Shown here: positions 1 through 13,059 of the stretch, piece after piece
Layout of the letters: every line of letters starts with the position of its first letter
How positions within the stretch are numbered: position 1 is the stretch's first letter
Assembly (NCBI GenBank): GCA_030704615.1
Contig: CM060731.1
Location: forward strand, 6,510,001 to 6,574,000
Direction: 5' to 3'
DNA from: Takakia lepidozioides
Lineage: Eukaryota; Plantae; Bryophyta
DNA length: 64,000 nucleotides
Position numbers and translations under genes: made by a program
Notes under the pieces: model-generated
What the model was told of the DNA's origin: nothing
Database searches by the model: none
Seen by the model: the letters and a program-made list of their open reading frames with translations, nothing else

Positions 1-440
1 GCTCCTTCAGCTATCCATGCGTCTGCACAAATCATGCATTCATCCTTGCACTTGTTGCTAGCAGATGACAATGACAGCATAGAGTTGTTCTAGGAAACAC
101 CCAACTTAGCTTATCACTCTAGTTCCTATGCTGAATTGTGTCGGCTACTCTCTGTAATCTAACAGGCATTCACCTTTTGGTCTTGATTGTCCCACCGTTG
201 ACTGGGGTCAGAAACGTGTCCATTCCCCAATTTTTCCTCATCTCTGTTACCTATTTTCCGATACTTTTCCGGTGTCACATTGGCAGTATCATGTCAAAGT
301 CACTCCAAACTAGATTCACTCAACCAGCTAACTTGAAGAATTCAACATGGAAATTTAGGGCCGGTTCTGAAAAAAAGGAAAACATATTTTTTATATTAAT
401 GAAATTTGCAATCGTGTTGATGACTGCGGGTTGGACCCCC

Positions 441-1046
441 TGTCAAGGACGAGAACATGACTGAACACAAACAAGAGATCAGACTAGAGGTACAAGACTA
501 GGCAAGAAGTCAAGGTCGGCGTGGCCGTATGCACGATGAGTAAATAGGAATCAAGACGATCTTTATAACAATGAACAAGGGTACAAGATATTGGAACACG
601 ACTTGAATACTGGAATGATGGAAACTGGACTGGATTACTAGATACTGGAAACTGGGCTAGGGTACTGGGAACTGGACTGGAGTAGTGGGAACTGGAAACA
701 ATAGTAGCTTGAATTGGTGTTGGCGAGACTGCAGAGTGTCCAGTCTCGCCTCCTATATATACTGGCTACTCCTAAGAAGCTTCCCTTATGGAGGTTTCTT
801 GATGGAGAAGCTTCCTTAAACAAAAGAGGTAACTTGATGGAGAAGTTTCCTCCAAAGAAAGCTTCCTGAGCAGTTTCCCAAGTAACTCTTGGTAATTTGG
901 TAAACTCCCGGTAACATGGTAAGTAATGGTAAATCATGGTAGATCATGATAAATCATGATAAGTCATGGTAACTTCTAATAACATGGTAACTTGGTAACT
1001 TCTGGTATTTACTCCTGGTAAGTTCCTTTGGGCTATGTCCGTGACA
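441..1046 (-). mobile_element. 3' LTR of a minus-strand Ty3/Gypsy element (Gypsy A)
   Basis: Ends TGTCAAGGAC(441)...GTCCGTGACA(1046) are inverted repeats (9/10). A polypurine tract AGAGGGGGGGTGA lies directly upstream on the minus strand (1047-1059). TATATATAGG on minus at ~751-760. Confidence 0.8.
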
Positions 1047-1742
1047 TCACCCCCCCTCTAGCGCCGAGTTCCTCGAGGAGCGGTAAAATCTTGGACTTGC
1101 TTAGAGGGGGGTTGTTTTTTCATAAGCCATGAGCAGATGAGCCATGAGCCATGAACAGAGTTCCCGAACCTCCTCCATACCAAAATCCGAAGGGACATTG
1201 GAGGCTCGGATCCGGTTCGGGATGTGTTCAAAGCTGACATGGCCACATACTTAATGTCTAGGATGTATAAATGCACGGTATTGGAAGGTGTACCACCCAA
1301 TTCCGCGCGTCACATACACTACCAGAGTTAACCGAGGGCGGAGGAAAACGAGAAGTCGGCAGCGACTTCTCGTGCCTGGTGATCAGTAAAGTCTGTGCCG
1401 ACTTCTGGAACAGATGACCTAGGGGAAATGTAATTTAAAAAAGGGCAAGCGGAAGTCTGTGCCGATTTCTCCCAAAAACAGATCGTGTGCTTCAGTAAAT
1501 AGGAAAATACAAGTAGGGACCGGGAAGTCTGTGCCGACTTCTGGCCCACAATGAAATGACATTAATTCGGAAAAAGGCAGGGACTGTGAATATTGCTTAG
1601 AATGCAGATGTACTCCAACATTTTCCATGCTTCAAGACAATCAGTCATACTACTTTTTTGCTCCATCCATTGCATGGAGCTGCACAGAAAATAAACACGA
1701 AACAAATTTTTGAATTTACATAAACGTTTAAGGGTAACAAGG

Positions 1743-4700
1743 TTAAGGAGTGCCCTCACTGGTAGCGTCCCCATATTCCATCTCCACATCATCCACCACT
1801 TTCTCGATGATCTCATCGACATCATCATCGTCCTCTTTTTCTGTCGATGGATCAGAGCTCTCACTACCTAGCATAGCACTATATTCTACCAGATGTTGAA
1901 CCTTCCTAAACTTTTTAACCGCTCGTGCCTCACCTGACCACATTGGCCTCTTCGACAATTCGGGGGATTCCTGCTGAGCTAGCCTTTCTGCCATCTTTGC
2001 TACATAGTCAGGAAGACACATAGGTTTGGGTGAGGTGAAGAGAACAGCAGCTGCTTTTCGATGAAGATCTGCCCTCTTCTCGGCAATCTGTGTCTTCCTA
2101 TTTTCCCTCTCCTGACGTGCAACCATTAAGGAGGCTGTACGGCGATGAGCTGGCGTCGTTGGAGCTGGCCTCCTTGTGCAAATTGAGGGAACATCACTGC
2201 AGAAGGAAAAAAACACCATGGTCATGAGCCTTGCAAAGGGGACGTGTTGGCCGGGCCATGGCAAGCAAGACAACGCATCAGAATTGAGAAATCTGCGCCG
2301 ACTATCATGTTTTGAAGAAAGAAAACGAAAGGAACAGCAAACTTACTCACTCTAGTACATGGACATGCACAGGTTGGTTACCAGATTCCCGGAACCACTC
2401 ATCAGGTGTCAAGTCCATTGGGGCCACGGGGTCAGGTGTAGCAGGCATCTCACTTCGCAGGCCCTGCAGTTTCTCTCTTACAAGCTCTCCATCGCCTTCC
2501 AAGGCCAGCAAGTGGCGACCACAAACTCGTGCAGCCACCATGGATGCGCCACAATTTGCAGTGAGGTCCACAATCTTGCCCCCAATGTCAGTCAACATCT
2601 CCATAAAAGTTTGCAAGAACATTGGGTTTTTTTCTCTGGCGCCTCTGAACCAAGTCCCATCAGCTCTTGTGTACAGCCTATCTTTGGTGACACAATTGCG
2701 CACAATGTCGGTGTCAACCGGATTGAAGTCGAAATCCAGTTTCTTGGCATCCGGCCAAGGTCGCAGGCGTATGTCGGGCTCTTCAACAGCAAAAAAACAT
2801 AAAACACCCGAGTCTGCACATGAAACCCAATTGCCTCAGCACATGAACTATAAGTCTGGGCCGACTTCATGAAAGGTAGACAAGGACACGGGTGACATGT
2901 TGGAAAGCGTAGGTAATAATTTCGTACTTCCCAGGCACCAGCCTTTGTCCGATATTGTTAAGCAGGAAAACAGGGGGCTAAGTTGGAAGTCTGTGTAGAC
3001 TTCCCATACTGTTCTGGGAAGCCTGTGCCGACTTCCAAAACAAAACGTGGACTGCGGCGTTGTTCAATTGCTCAGCATAACTCACTGTTAAATGAAAAAA
3101 CCACTAGTGGACGTGGGAACATGTAGGAGGCACTTATGTCTTCAATGGGGATAGGGCTGGGAATTTGGGAAGTCTGTGCAGACTTCCCACATTGACAGGG
3201 AATGGAACATGATGAACGACGCAAGGAGGAGGTGTTTTGGGCTACCTATGGCTGCTCCTCGTTGCCTGTCAGGAGCAGGAGGGCATTCATGCAGGTCCAC
3301 TTCGTCTTCACAAAACAAAACGGCGCATTGCTCGCTATCCGTCGAAGGTTCATCTCCGTCTTGCCGTCACCCTTGCAGAAAATGAGGAGTCGCCCCACAT
3401 CATCCATGATTGCATTTGCCAACGATATGGCAGAGCTGATGTGAGAAAGCTTCCGAACATTCCAATCTGGCACAACACCCTCTGCTCCACAATTATGCAC
3501 CATCTACCCATCTGGGATATCCACAATGATGAGGTCAGCGCCTTCCTTCATGGAGGGTTCGGATACCCCCCCACGCACAAGCTCCCTCCTCTTCTTGTGG
3601 CGCTCAATGAAGGCATCTACCATTGCTCTCTCCGGTGGCCACCTCTTCGTGGTGGATTCGGTTGCCAGCCGCTGCTCAACAAGTGCGAAGCTATCACAGT
3701 GGATGTATTTCACCTGACAAGTCGGCACAGACTTCTGCAGTGGACAAGCCTCAAACAAGGATTGCTTTATGGCTATGGGCAATGCCATTGACTTAGGTAC
3801 TCTGGTAGCAGCCCCCGGAAAAATCAGACTTCTGTTGGGGCCACGGCGTGCGTTTGCTAGGTCCATTCCACCCAGATGATCGGTGATCCCTGTTCTGCCA
3901 TGCTGTTGAACCTGTTTGCCTTCCACCACCTGCACGTCCTCTGTCTCATCCGCCCCTTCCTGGCTTTTCTCCGTCTGGGCTCTGCCTTGTTTGGCAGGAG
4001 ATGACTGCTCGCCGACTCTCTAAGCCTTCTTCGGCTTCTGCTTCCTGGTGCGGCCCTTTTTTGATGCTGCCTCCGCCACAAGGGCCTCCATGGTGTGCTC
4101 AGGATGAGTGATAGCGGCATTGTGGGCTTCTGCCGCAACGGTCTCGCTGGCAGGTTGTCCAGGTGGAGGTGGTATTTCTTCACCTGAAGCAAGCGTCTTA
4201 TATGCTTCTGCCTCCTCCACAAGGATGAAGTTCGGTGGGCAGTCCAACCACCAATAAACTGCAAATGGGAGGACCGCACGTACTCTATAATCTGCTTGCG
4301 ATTATACATGGTGCACTCAGACCGTGTACATGCCCACTGAGAAACCATCGCCGGAATAGCCTGAATGTGTTTGTTGGGTAGAAGGTAGAAGTTGATGTAC
4401 CTGAAAAAGTGAGGCATATCAGATTCAGAAATCGGCACAGACTATTGCCATTGTCAGCATGCTATCAGGAAATCTGTGCAGACTTCCCAACTACCACGTC
4501 TTGAAATACAACATAGGGTTTGCATTGTCATACCTGTATACAAGTCGATGTGCAGGCTGCATCCCCCCTGGCTGCTCTAGGACACCCCAGCTCCTGCGTG
4601 GGCCCTCCACCATCTCGCAGTGGAAAAGCTCGTTCCAGTACTCCACCATAAAATGCTCAATCCACCTGAGCAATCCCTTCATGTCCTCCGTCTGACGCAC

Positions 4701-5450
4701 CGCCAAAATGTTTGCCTTGATTAGAGAGGCCAGTTCCCTCTCCGCCGCTTGCATTTGCTGCAACAAACAAGGACTGTCAACATGGCCCTAAAATATCCAC
4801 TAGACAATCACATTACTGACATTTACATGCAAAGCCACTGCAAGTCTGTGCCGACTTCCCGAACTGCATATACACATGGAGATGAATAGAGTACCTGCCA
4901 CCACCAAGTGGCCTTGTCCACCCAATCGCTGTGTCCATTGGTGACACCGGGAAGATTCTCCTGTTGGCCGGCGGCAAATTCCATAGTTTCAACCACCCAA
5001 TCTTCGCCTCCGCAGAAACGAGGCTGGTGGCAACCATCTGAAGTTTCTCAAGAGTCATCTCAGCTCTATCTAGGGCGCGCAACTTGTTGTAGTATGTTGT
5101 TATCTCAAAAAGAAACCCGTCGCCAAGGGCTGGATCACAGATAGAACTGTACTTGGCAATCTTTGAGTGCCATTTAGTCTTACACACTGCCAGATTTGCA
5201 TCAAGAGCTGATTCCACAATCTCTGCATTCTCCAGGGTGTTGGAAAGGTGGGAATACTCCGCCCAGTATATCATTCGTTATCTCCCGGAATGACTCCTAT
5301 GCCATGAACTCGACAAGGCCCTCCCGTGTCAATGTCATCCAATTCGTGTCTCGTTTGTTGAGGCACTTGAGGTACACCTCATCGGACAGTGAATTCTTGT
5401 ACTGCTCGATTGGAGTTGTTGCGCATAGCTAGAAATAGTTCTCATCCTTC
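1743..5450 (-). pseudogene. E1 multi-exon amino-methyltransferase-like cargo gene; 5' ParB exon apparently deleted
   Basis: Exon fragments: 4813-5274 (ICDPALGDGF, homologous to E2 IADPALGKDF), 4491-4766, 3504-3935 (ADLIIVDIPDG then stop), 3246-3503, 2347-2703 (EKNPMFLQTFMEMLTDIGGKIVDLTANCGASMVAARVCGRHLLALEGD = motifs X-I-II) and acidic tail 1743-2200. In-frame stops are present. Confidence 0.75.
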
Positions 5451-5699
5451 CTGAAGTTTGTGCCGATTTCTCCTGTGTATCTTCGAATGAACTCAGGTAT
5501 TATGAGAATGCTCTGTAATTTCAGAATGTGCGACCTTCTTGGAGAAGTCGGCACCGATTTCTCGTGTGTACATTGGTATCTTGCGGCACTATGAGATTTT
5601 TCTGCAATATCAAGAGTCCTGTGAGTCCTTGGAGAAGTCTGTGCTGATTTCCCAAACAGCACCAAGATGAGTTTGTCATCCCGCTTCACTGAATTTCTT

Positions 5700-8600
5700 C
5701 GTGACGCCGTGTGTTGCAGATATGTGAATTGTGTTGGGAGTTTGAAATGTGTAGGGGCCATTTGCCCATTTTTTGTGAGGGAGAGGTATCCCAACGACAC
5801 TTTGTGGCTGGGGACGTCGGATACCAAATTTCAAGCACAAATTACAGTACCGGAGAGGACGTTTGTTTGCTCCATTTGCAACCAAGCTCCTACCTGTATG
5901 GAGGCTTGTCCGGTGAAGATGTTTTACGTCTGCGGACCTCCTACTATGACACGTTGTGCAGTCCATGTGGGATGCCACACCCATAGGAGTGCCACAAGCG
6001 CATCCAGAGAAGTTGTTGCGCGTGCAAAGGAGGTATTGAGAGAGGAGCTCACTAGGTCTCCATCGGCACGACCAGAAGCTATGGAGCTCAATGCGGCGCA
6101 AACCATTGTCATGTAGCATATTATGTCGGCCGATGGGGGCAAAAGATGCAAACTTGACAGTGAGGAGTTCGAGGCTCTACTGGATGCAGTTGAAGCATTT
6201 GGCAGCCCGGAAAACAAGAGTACCATCAACAGAATGAAATCACAGACAGGCCGGGGTGACGAAATGACCAGCTTGCTGCAAATGAAGTCTATGTGTGGGT
6301 ATGAGTATATCCATTCCAGCAGATTTCCTGGGCAAGGGAACGAGCACCAATGGTGCTTTGTCTTCAAAATGTCAACTGATGGGCCGGCATCCGGGGTGCA
6401 TCTCGTGGATATGATGAATGTTGGCGGGCCATTGGAAAATAGCTGGGTGATGTTTGATAATGTTAAACGAATAAATGGATGGAGCACGATGGCCTGCCAT
6501 GTGTACGAGCCCAACTACAGGAAGCTCATGACCATCGCCATTTGCGAGATGAAGTCGGAAGACACACCATCTCAAATGATTATGTGGGAGAGCATCAATG
6601 AGCAGATGGTCCGAGCAAGAAAGAGACCACCGCATTTTAGAGGATTCATGGCGGACAATGCGAATGCGAATTGGGCGGTGGTTCGAAATGTTTATGGTGG
6701 CGAGAACCCTATGCCAGGTAGGAGAGAACTTGCGGATTTCGGGGACAGAGTCTTCAGAGGCATACCAAGGACCTCATTCGGCCAAACTTTCAATCGGCAC
6801 ACATTAAATTGTGTGGACAGTGGAGGTCGGCCGCCACAACAACAGAAGCTGAGATAGCATTCATGTCAATCAGATCATGGTGGATATCATTGGGAGCGGC
6901 AACCGAAGAAGATATTCCCACCCTAGATAGTTGGCTTTCGTGGTGGACATACCGGTATGCCCAGCTCGGGTCATTCGTGATGGAGGTAAGAATGCAGGTG
7001 CCAAAGTCACCACTACTATATCCATTGCTTTTGTGGTTGCTAACGTGAGCAGATGATGGGTGGACTGTCACCGCCAGAATCGGTGCTCGGGGAGTCTGTG
7101 CCGACTTCCCACCTCCGGCATCATGCATGCCTTGTGCGTGACAGGGAAGTCTGCACCGACTTTGCATTAGCTATTTTGACACTGTGTCCAGCCACCTCTT
7201 TAAGTCTGCACCGACTTCCCATGGCAATGCTCCGGGAGTGCAGATAGGGAAGTCTGTGCCGACTTACCACTGTGCTATTACTATACTGTTCCCCGAACCC
7301 AGTGCAACTCTGTGCAGCCTTCCCGTCCTTCTCTGTCACATGGAAGTCTGTGCCGACTTGTTAGTGGAGTGCCACTGTGCCCTGGCACGTTTGCGTGTGT
7401 GCAAACTTCCCATGTGCAAACAGGGAAGTCTGTGCCGACTTACCACTATGGTTTTCTGATTCGGTGTCCACAACCCTTTGTAAGTCTGTGCCGACTTCCC
7501 ATGTCCAGCTCCGTGTCACCGGAGTACTTACAGGGATGTCGGTGTTGTCTTTCCAGTATGTTTATTCCGTTTGTCTGCCCAGTCGCGTCTGTAATCCTAT
7601 GCCGACTTCCCGTGTCCTATAAGTGAATAGTCCAAAGAGCCATGTATGTACATTTCAGTTTTCCAGCGCCACGCAAGTCTGTGCCGACTTCCCATCTTAC
7701 AAGTTTTTTTTGCTCTGTTCAGGGACTCAGTTTGGAGGAGGACGCGGACATGCCGAATGTGAATATGTCATAATCGATTCACGCGAGCTGGCAAGCAGGG
7801 AGTGGCTCCGTGAAGTTGGACATGTACACGACAACACGACATGATATTGTGCGTGCGTGCGTGCAGACCTCCGGGTACCGTTTGTTCCTTAATGGGGGCA
7901 GAAAAGGAGTTGGACCCAGCCGAGAGGATTTGCTGGTGCGTGCGGCATCGAGGTCAAGTGACCCAAAGAAATCTGAAGACATTTGTGGTTGGAACACCAC
8001 TGCATAACCGTGCGGACGGCTTGGAAGGTGACCTTCTCACACGCACAACAAAGAGGAAGATATTCGTCCACAATCTAGATGAGGAGGAGGATCAGCATTC
8101 ATGGCGGTCTGATATGAACATGCGGACTGGACCGAGGCGGGCTTCAGGCACAGGTGGCTCCCAAGTGCATGTGGAGGACGTGGATGAGGAGGACGACATG
8201 GCACCTCCCGACTACAATGGTGTTCCACAGTAGTACGGAAAACCAGTGTTGGAGACTTCAGTGTCCACTGCTAATTGGCATATTGCAAGAACAACGGACT
8301 TGTCACGCGCCCAATGTTGGGGTATTCGGGTTGACAGCGGGCAGCCTTGTAAGCAGCAGATCCGTCCTTCGAAATTGTCTGGCATCCCAGCTCCGAAGTA
8401 CATTGGAATGTGCCACAACCCAGTTTTTGCAAAACCGAAATTAAATTGCATGAGTTCTGGTTTTGTCCTCAAGACATTCAACAGTGTGTTTGTGGGGGAG
8501 TCCACTAAGATGCGAAGGACAGACCTGAGCCACCACAGGTATGGCCTATGATGGCAGGAATAGATTTGACTCAGGAGGAAGTTAACTCATTGGATGCAGC

Positions 8601-9110
8601 CGGGTTTCGCCTAGTCCCGAGGGATGATATCCCACGATTTCAAATGGAGGAGGATGTTTGTGCCCACCAACCCGCAGCTCATCAGAATCGGGACTATTAC
8701 CCCAAATGCAGATGGGGCAAGCAATATAACCGCAAAAAACAGACAGCTCTTAATAGGACGAGGGTCGGATTGGCGATGTCGTGGCGATGTCGCTGCGAGG
8801 TATCATTCAGAGCTTCCGTGATGTTCCTCGACCGGGGATGGGAAGAGTTTACACCATCAGTACTTCCGGCTCAGCGACCAACGGGCAGGTTTATTACGTC
8901 TCAATTGGCATTTACCCGGACTGCACATGTCCTGACTTTGTGAAGATACGCAATCTGAAGGAATGGTACACCCATTGCAAGCACATTTACTGGATTTTTC
9001 TTCGGCGTCTCCGTTGTTGTGCTGACAGCACCTTAATTAATTATCCTACTTTGAGTATGAACGAGGCCAGTGCAATGCTTCGCCGTGATCCCTGCATGTG
9101 GGTGGAATAA
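5700..9110 (+). pseudogene. E1 MULE-like transposase pseudogene (GCM-like Zn domain, DDE core, SWIM), 5'-truncated
   Basis: Fragments 5667-6116, 6123-6857 (WVMFDNVKR, FMADNA), 6809-6985, intron ~6986-7722, then DMPNVNMS*SIHASW (catalytic Glu codon is now TAA) and SWIM CTCPDF...CKH at 8781-9110. Colinear with the E2 transposase, with several stops and frameshifts. Confidence 0.85.
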
Positions 9111-9747
9111 CGTCATTAGAAGCGTCCTTCTGCGAGCGAAGATGAGGAGCATTTGCCTACGATACTGCCTTATGTTCTGCATCCACCGCTTTCCGTTCCA
9201 CTGTTCTTGTTTTCTAAGTCAGCAAATTCCATTCCATACGTCTATTGCCACTGGCCGGGAAGGGTCTTCTACTATTCTGCAAGTCTGTGCCGACTTACCG
9301 ATGAGCGGTCTCTGAGTTTTGCGAGTGTTCTTCAAGTTTGTCTTTTATCCTTGTTCAAGCATTGCAAGAACCATAACATTTTTGTGTATTTTCCAATGTT
9401 GTGAAGTTGACCGAGGTGGTGTGTTTGAAGCCCAGTAGTCATGCTGAACGCATTCCATAGTGGGATAGGAAACGGCAAGTCTGTGCAGACTTTTAGTACA
9501 TACCAGTGCGGCATCGGACAAGTCTGTGCCGACTTCTCAACTGGAACTTGTGAAAAAAAAAAAAAACTCATAACATTAAATACATACATATTAAACTTTC
9601 ATTTAAATATTACAAGCATCAAATGGGCCCCACAAGTCTGTGCCGACTTAAGGGAAATGGACAGTCCGTCATCATGAAATGGTCAAATTTCACCGCGGCT
9701 ATAGAAGAAAGACCTATTTCCGTGGTAGCCCCCTGACCTCTTTGGAA

Positions 9748-9830
9748 GGGGGCTGCTATTTCATGAGCCATGAGCCATGAGCGGCATGAGCCATGAGCAG
9801 AGTCGTAAGTGTGGAAAAAAACATGAGCAG
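9748..9830 (+). repeat. E2 left TIR plus tandem CATGAGC heptamers
   Basis: CATGAGCCATGAGCCATGAGCGGCATGAGCCATGAGC directly inside the terminus; likely transposase-binding sites (inference). Confidence 0.85.
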
Positions 9831-10210
9831 CACTATTTTCCGGAAATGAGTGTCCGCGGGAATAGGGTTTAGGGTGCCACGGTCATAGGGGGAGAAGGAC
9901 CTCCCGATGAAGGAGGTTCGGCAATGTTATTTAGAATTATATATTGAAAGGCAATGTTTCGCGAATGGTAGGGTGGTACTGCTCTGTACAATGGGGGCCC
10001 ATTTCAGCCTACCAGCCATTTGCAAAATTCACCCACACTCCCAATCCCAAACGAAATGAGCAATGACGCATTCTCGGAACGATGGACACAGAATAGAATA
10101 AAAAGAGGGCACAATGAGGTTTTTATTGATCCACATGAATTGCATTTGAAGCACGTCTACTGTGCTGATTGTGCCATCAAATCTTGAGCCCTGTGCCTAC
10201 TGAATACAAG

Positions 10211-10774
10211 TCACGTTGTCAATGGGACTTCGACTGCTCTCAGAACTAGCTCATGAGTCATGGGGCTCCTCCATGTAAAGTCGATTGCAGCCGTTGTACC
10301 GCCCCTAGTGATGTTCACCACAATGTCCTGCCCTTCAATCATACCACCATTGAATATGGAAATCTTCACGTTTTCGTCGTCCACACCAATGCGAATGTCC
10401 CCATACAATGGAGAAGAGGAGCGCACTCCTCGAGGAGAATAGGTCTCTCCGATGGAGTCCACCCACGTCCAGTGGCAGCAGTTCCACCGCAACAGCATAG
10501 CAGTGCGCCTTCTTCTGCATGGGTGACCGTCGTAACAGGGAAAATCGGAATCGAGGATGCGCAGGAGCCACGGACTCCTCAGACCAAGATCGTCACCCCG
10601 CTCGAAGGCGTAGTGGCCTACGATATACTCAAAAGCCACCAATGTTTCCACAATCGAACCAGTATCTTTTGTGTAATCTGTGTACCAGATAACAATGTCT
10701 CCCGATGTGGCCGAATACATTGCATAATCGATGCCTCCAAAGGGGCAGTCGTCCCGGTTCCGGAAGCACGGCAT
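10211..10774 (-). CDS. Unknown 'RWNCC' protein, paralogue 1 (~187 aa from MPCFRNRDDCPF)
   Basis: Open ORF that aligns end to end with 11325-11930 and 43347-43898 (GDI(V/I)(I/V)W, W(L/V)L(R/K)I.D.D, RWNCC.WT, YGDIR, GG.I.G.DIVV). Start inferred from the shared context AAGGATGCCGTGC. Confidence 0.8.
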   Translation of the reverse strand: MPCFRNRDDCPFGGIDYAMYSATSGDIVIWYTDYTKDTGSIVETLVAFEYIVGHYAFERGDDLGLRSPWLLRILDSDFPCYDGHPCRRRRTAMLLRWNCCHWTWVDSIGETYSPRGVRSSSPLYGDIRIGVDDENVKISIFNGGMIEGQDIVVNITRGGTTAAIDFTWRSPMTHELVLRAVEVPLTT

Positions 10775-11324
10775 CCTTGCAAAGGAGGACCTGAGGACGA
10801 CTTGGATGCCGATGACCTTGCGGACAGCTACGAAGCCCTTAGATTTTGGAAATGATACGAAGCGGAAGAGCAGTCCGGCCTCCAATAATGGAGCATCTGG
10901 GTCACACGTACCCACCGACGGAGGTGGAACGTGTTCATCACGGCAGCGGTGGATGAACCCATACATCTTTCTCATCAACAAGTTATAGTTTGAGATCTGC
11001 CACCGAAGTCCATCCCCCCGGATGGAAATTCGGCGCCGCATTTACATCGAAGAGGGGATGGACTTCGTCGTGTCCAGTGGCTATCGGCCCACCTGGCAGT
11101 GACTGCCCATAGTTTGCATGGCAGGGTAGGAAACAGAAACGGCTACATTCATGCAGCAGCCAATCTTCATCGGTCCAGGATCCTGTAGGGGGGAAATTTA
11201 AATGTGCCCTGGAGTGTTTGTGAGGAATTGCAGCGTTAGCTTGAACTTTTTCCAGCCACCGCGCTGCTCCTCCTCCATCCGGGAGCTGCTGTCATTGAGC
11301 GTACTCCGCTACTCTTTTTCAAGG

Positions 11325-11930
11325 ATGCCGTGCCGCCGAAATCCAGCCGACTGCCCTTATCATGGCCACGATTATGTTATGTTCAAACCAGAATCAGGAG
11401 ACATCATTGTCTGGCTCTCTGTTTTCACAGACGCTGCTGGAATCAAGCAAGAGTCTTTGCGCGCAATGGAGTATCTGGAGGGCTATTACCGCTTTGAGCG
11501 AGGTGAGGGCGAGGGTCAATGCGGTCCGTGGGTCCTGAAAATTGTTGACCTCGATATACCAAGCTGGAAAGGGATGCCGGACAGATCACGCACTGCCTCG
11601 CTTTGGCGCTGGAACTGCTGCCAGTGGACCAGGGAGGACGGCACCGGGGAAAACTATATACGTGCAGATCACTCCGCTCTTCCAGTGTATGGAGACATTC
11701 GGCTGCGTTGCGAAGACGAATCGCACGGGCACATGAGGCCCACAGTGACCTTGTCAATGTATGATGGTGGTATCATTGATGGACATGACATTGTCGTCGG
11801 CTCCAGCAAGGGCAGCAGAACGACCGAATTGCAGTTTACCTCGAGGTGCCGCAGCAGTGATGAGCTTGTTTTGAGGGTATCGAAGTTCCGTCGACTTGGT
11901 GAAGCCCATGTAGAAGGAGGAAGGGCTTAG
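11325..11930 (+). CDS. Unknown 'RWNCC' protein, paralogue 2 (~201 aa from MPCRRNPADCPY)
   Basis: Open ORF, head-to-head with paralogue 1, with the same conserved motifs. Confidence 0.8.
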   Translation: MPCRRNPADCPYHGHDYVMFKPESGDIIVWLSVFTDAAGIKQESLRAMEYLEGYYRFERGEGEGQCGPWVLKIVDLDIPSWKGMPDRSRTASLWRWNCCQWTREDGTGENYIRADHSALPVYGDIRLRCEDESHGHMRPTVTLSMYDGGIIDGHDIVVGSSKGSRTTELQFTSRCRSSDELVLRVSKFRRLGEAHVEGGRA

Positions 11931-12158
11931 TTTTGTCTGCAGTTGGTAAATGTGAGACATCGTGTCCGATCAATAAACCCATCGTACCTCACTTCTGTAT
12001 GATTGTGTTTCATTGTGTTGAATAACTGTCGGAATTGGCCCACTGTTTACAATTTGATGTCTCATTTCTACAATGTGTCTGTCCGGATGAATATAGCAGA
12101 GTAACCGTTATGTGAGTGATGTGTCAAGAATATACCAGAGTAACGCCATGTCGAACAT

Positions 12159-12922
12159 TGAAATGCGGCACCGCATTTCCATGTCGGCATCGAAATGCGG
12201 CGCCGCATTTCCATGTCGGGATCGAAATGCGGCACCGCATTTCCATGTCCGACAAGAAAATGCGGTGCATCATTTCCGTCCAGGTACACGAAATACCAAC
12301 ACGGGTCTATAAATTGATCAGAAAACGAGGTTGGCATTGCAAATGCGGCGACGCATTTCCAGCTTGGCAATGGAAACTTCTTTTTGGACAAGGGAACGCG
12401 GTGCCGCATTTCCGTACAACACTTCGAAAAGTGTGACATTTCCGACCAGCGCGATGGAATGCGTTACCGCATTTCCGAGAGAGGGTCTGCAAATGGACAA
12501 ATTGCGATGTCCGTTCTGGAAATGCGGCGCCGCATTTCCATGTCCGTCATCGACTTTTTTTTACAATGGAATGCGGTGCCAATTTTTTGCTGATGGGCCT
12601 GCAGTTCGAACAACGACCATCCCCAATACTGAAATGCGGCACCGCATTTTCAATCCCGCCATCTCGACCTCCTTGCTCGACCTCGTTGTTCGACCTCTGT
12701 AAGCGTGGTGGCATCCATGCGATGAGCGGGAGAGGCCAAAACTGGCGTGTGGACAAAGGAAATTTTGGAAATGCGGCACCGCATTTCCAATTTAGATTAC
12801 TTTTTACTATGCCAACATTGAAATGGAAAATTTAGTCCCTCCCCTGTTTTGGAAATGCGGTGCCGCATTTCCAAAAGAGGTTCTTAGAGTTCCCCTGTTT
12901 TGGAAATGCGGTGCCCCATTTC
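12159..12922. repeat. E2 left cluster of palindrome GGAAATGC-GGYRCC-GCATTTCC
   Basis: About 13 copies. Central hexamers start at 12167, 12199, 12231, 12264, 12347, 12400, 12463, 12526, 12575, 12638, 12775, 12859 and 12910. Confidence 0.9.
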
Positions 12923-13059
12923 TGATTTTGGGAGCGTCGTGGTTTGGGCGATTGTGTGGCTGGAATGCACACTGGAGAGGGGTCACGAATGTCGGGCAGA
13001 ATTTCCTTTATATACTCTGGAAGAGAATTTACATTTACAGAGACTTCATTAAAATTCTA

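Larger units (their letters stand above)
1351..9650. repeat. E1-specific dispersed imperfect palindrome GGAAGTC-TGTGCC-GACTTCC
   Basis: Many copies: clusters at 1351-1540, 2850-3190, 4430-4490, 4840-4860, 5450-5650, 7090-7690 (transposase intron) and 9280-9650. Almost all are in introns or non-coding parts. Confidence 0.9.
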
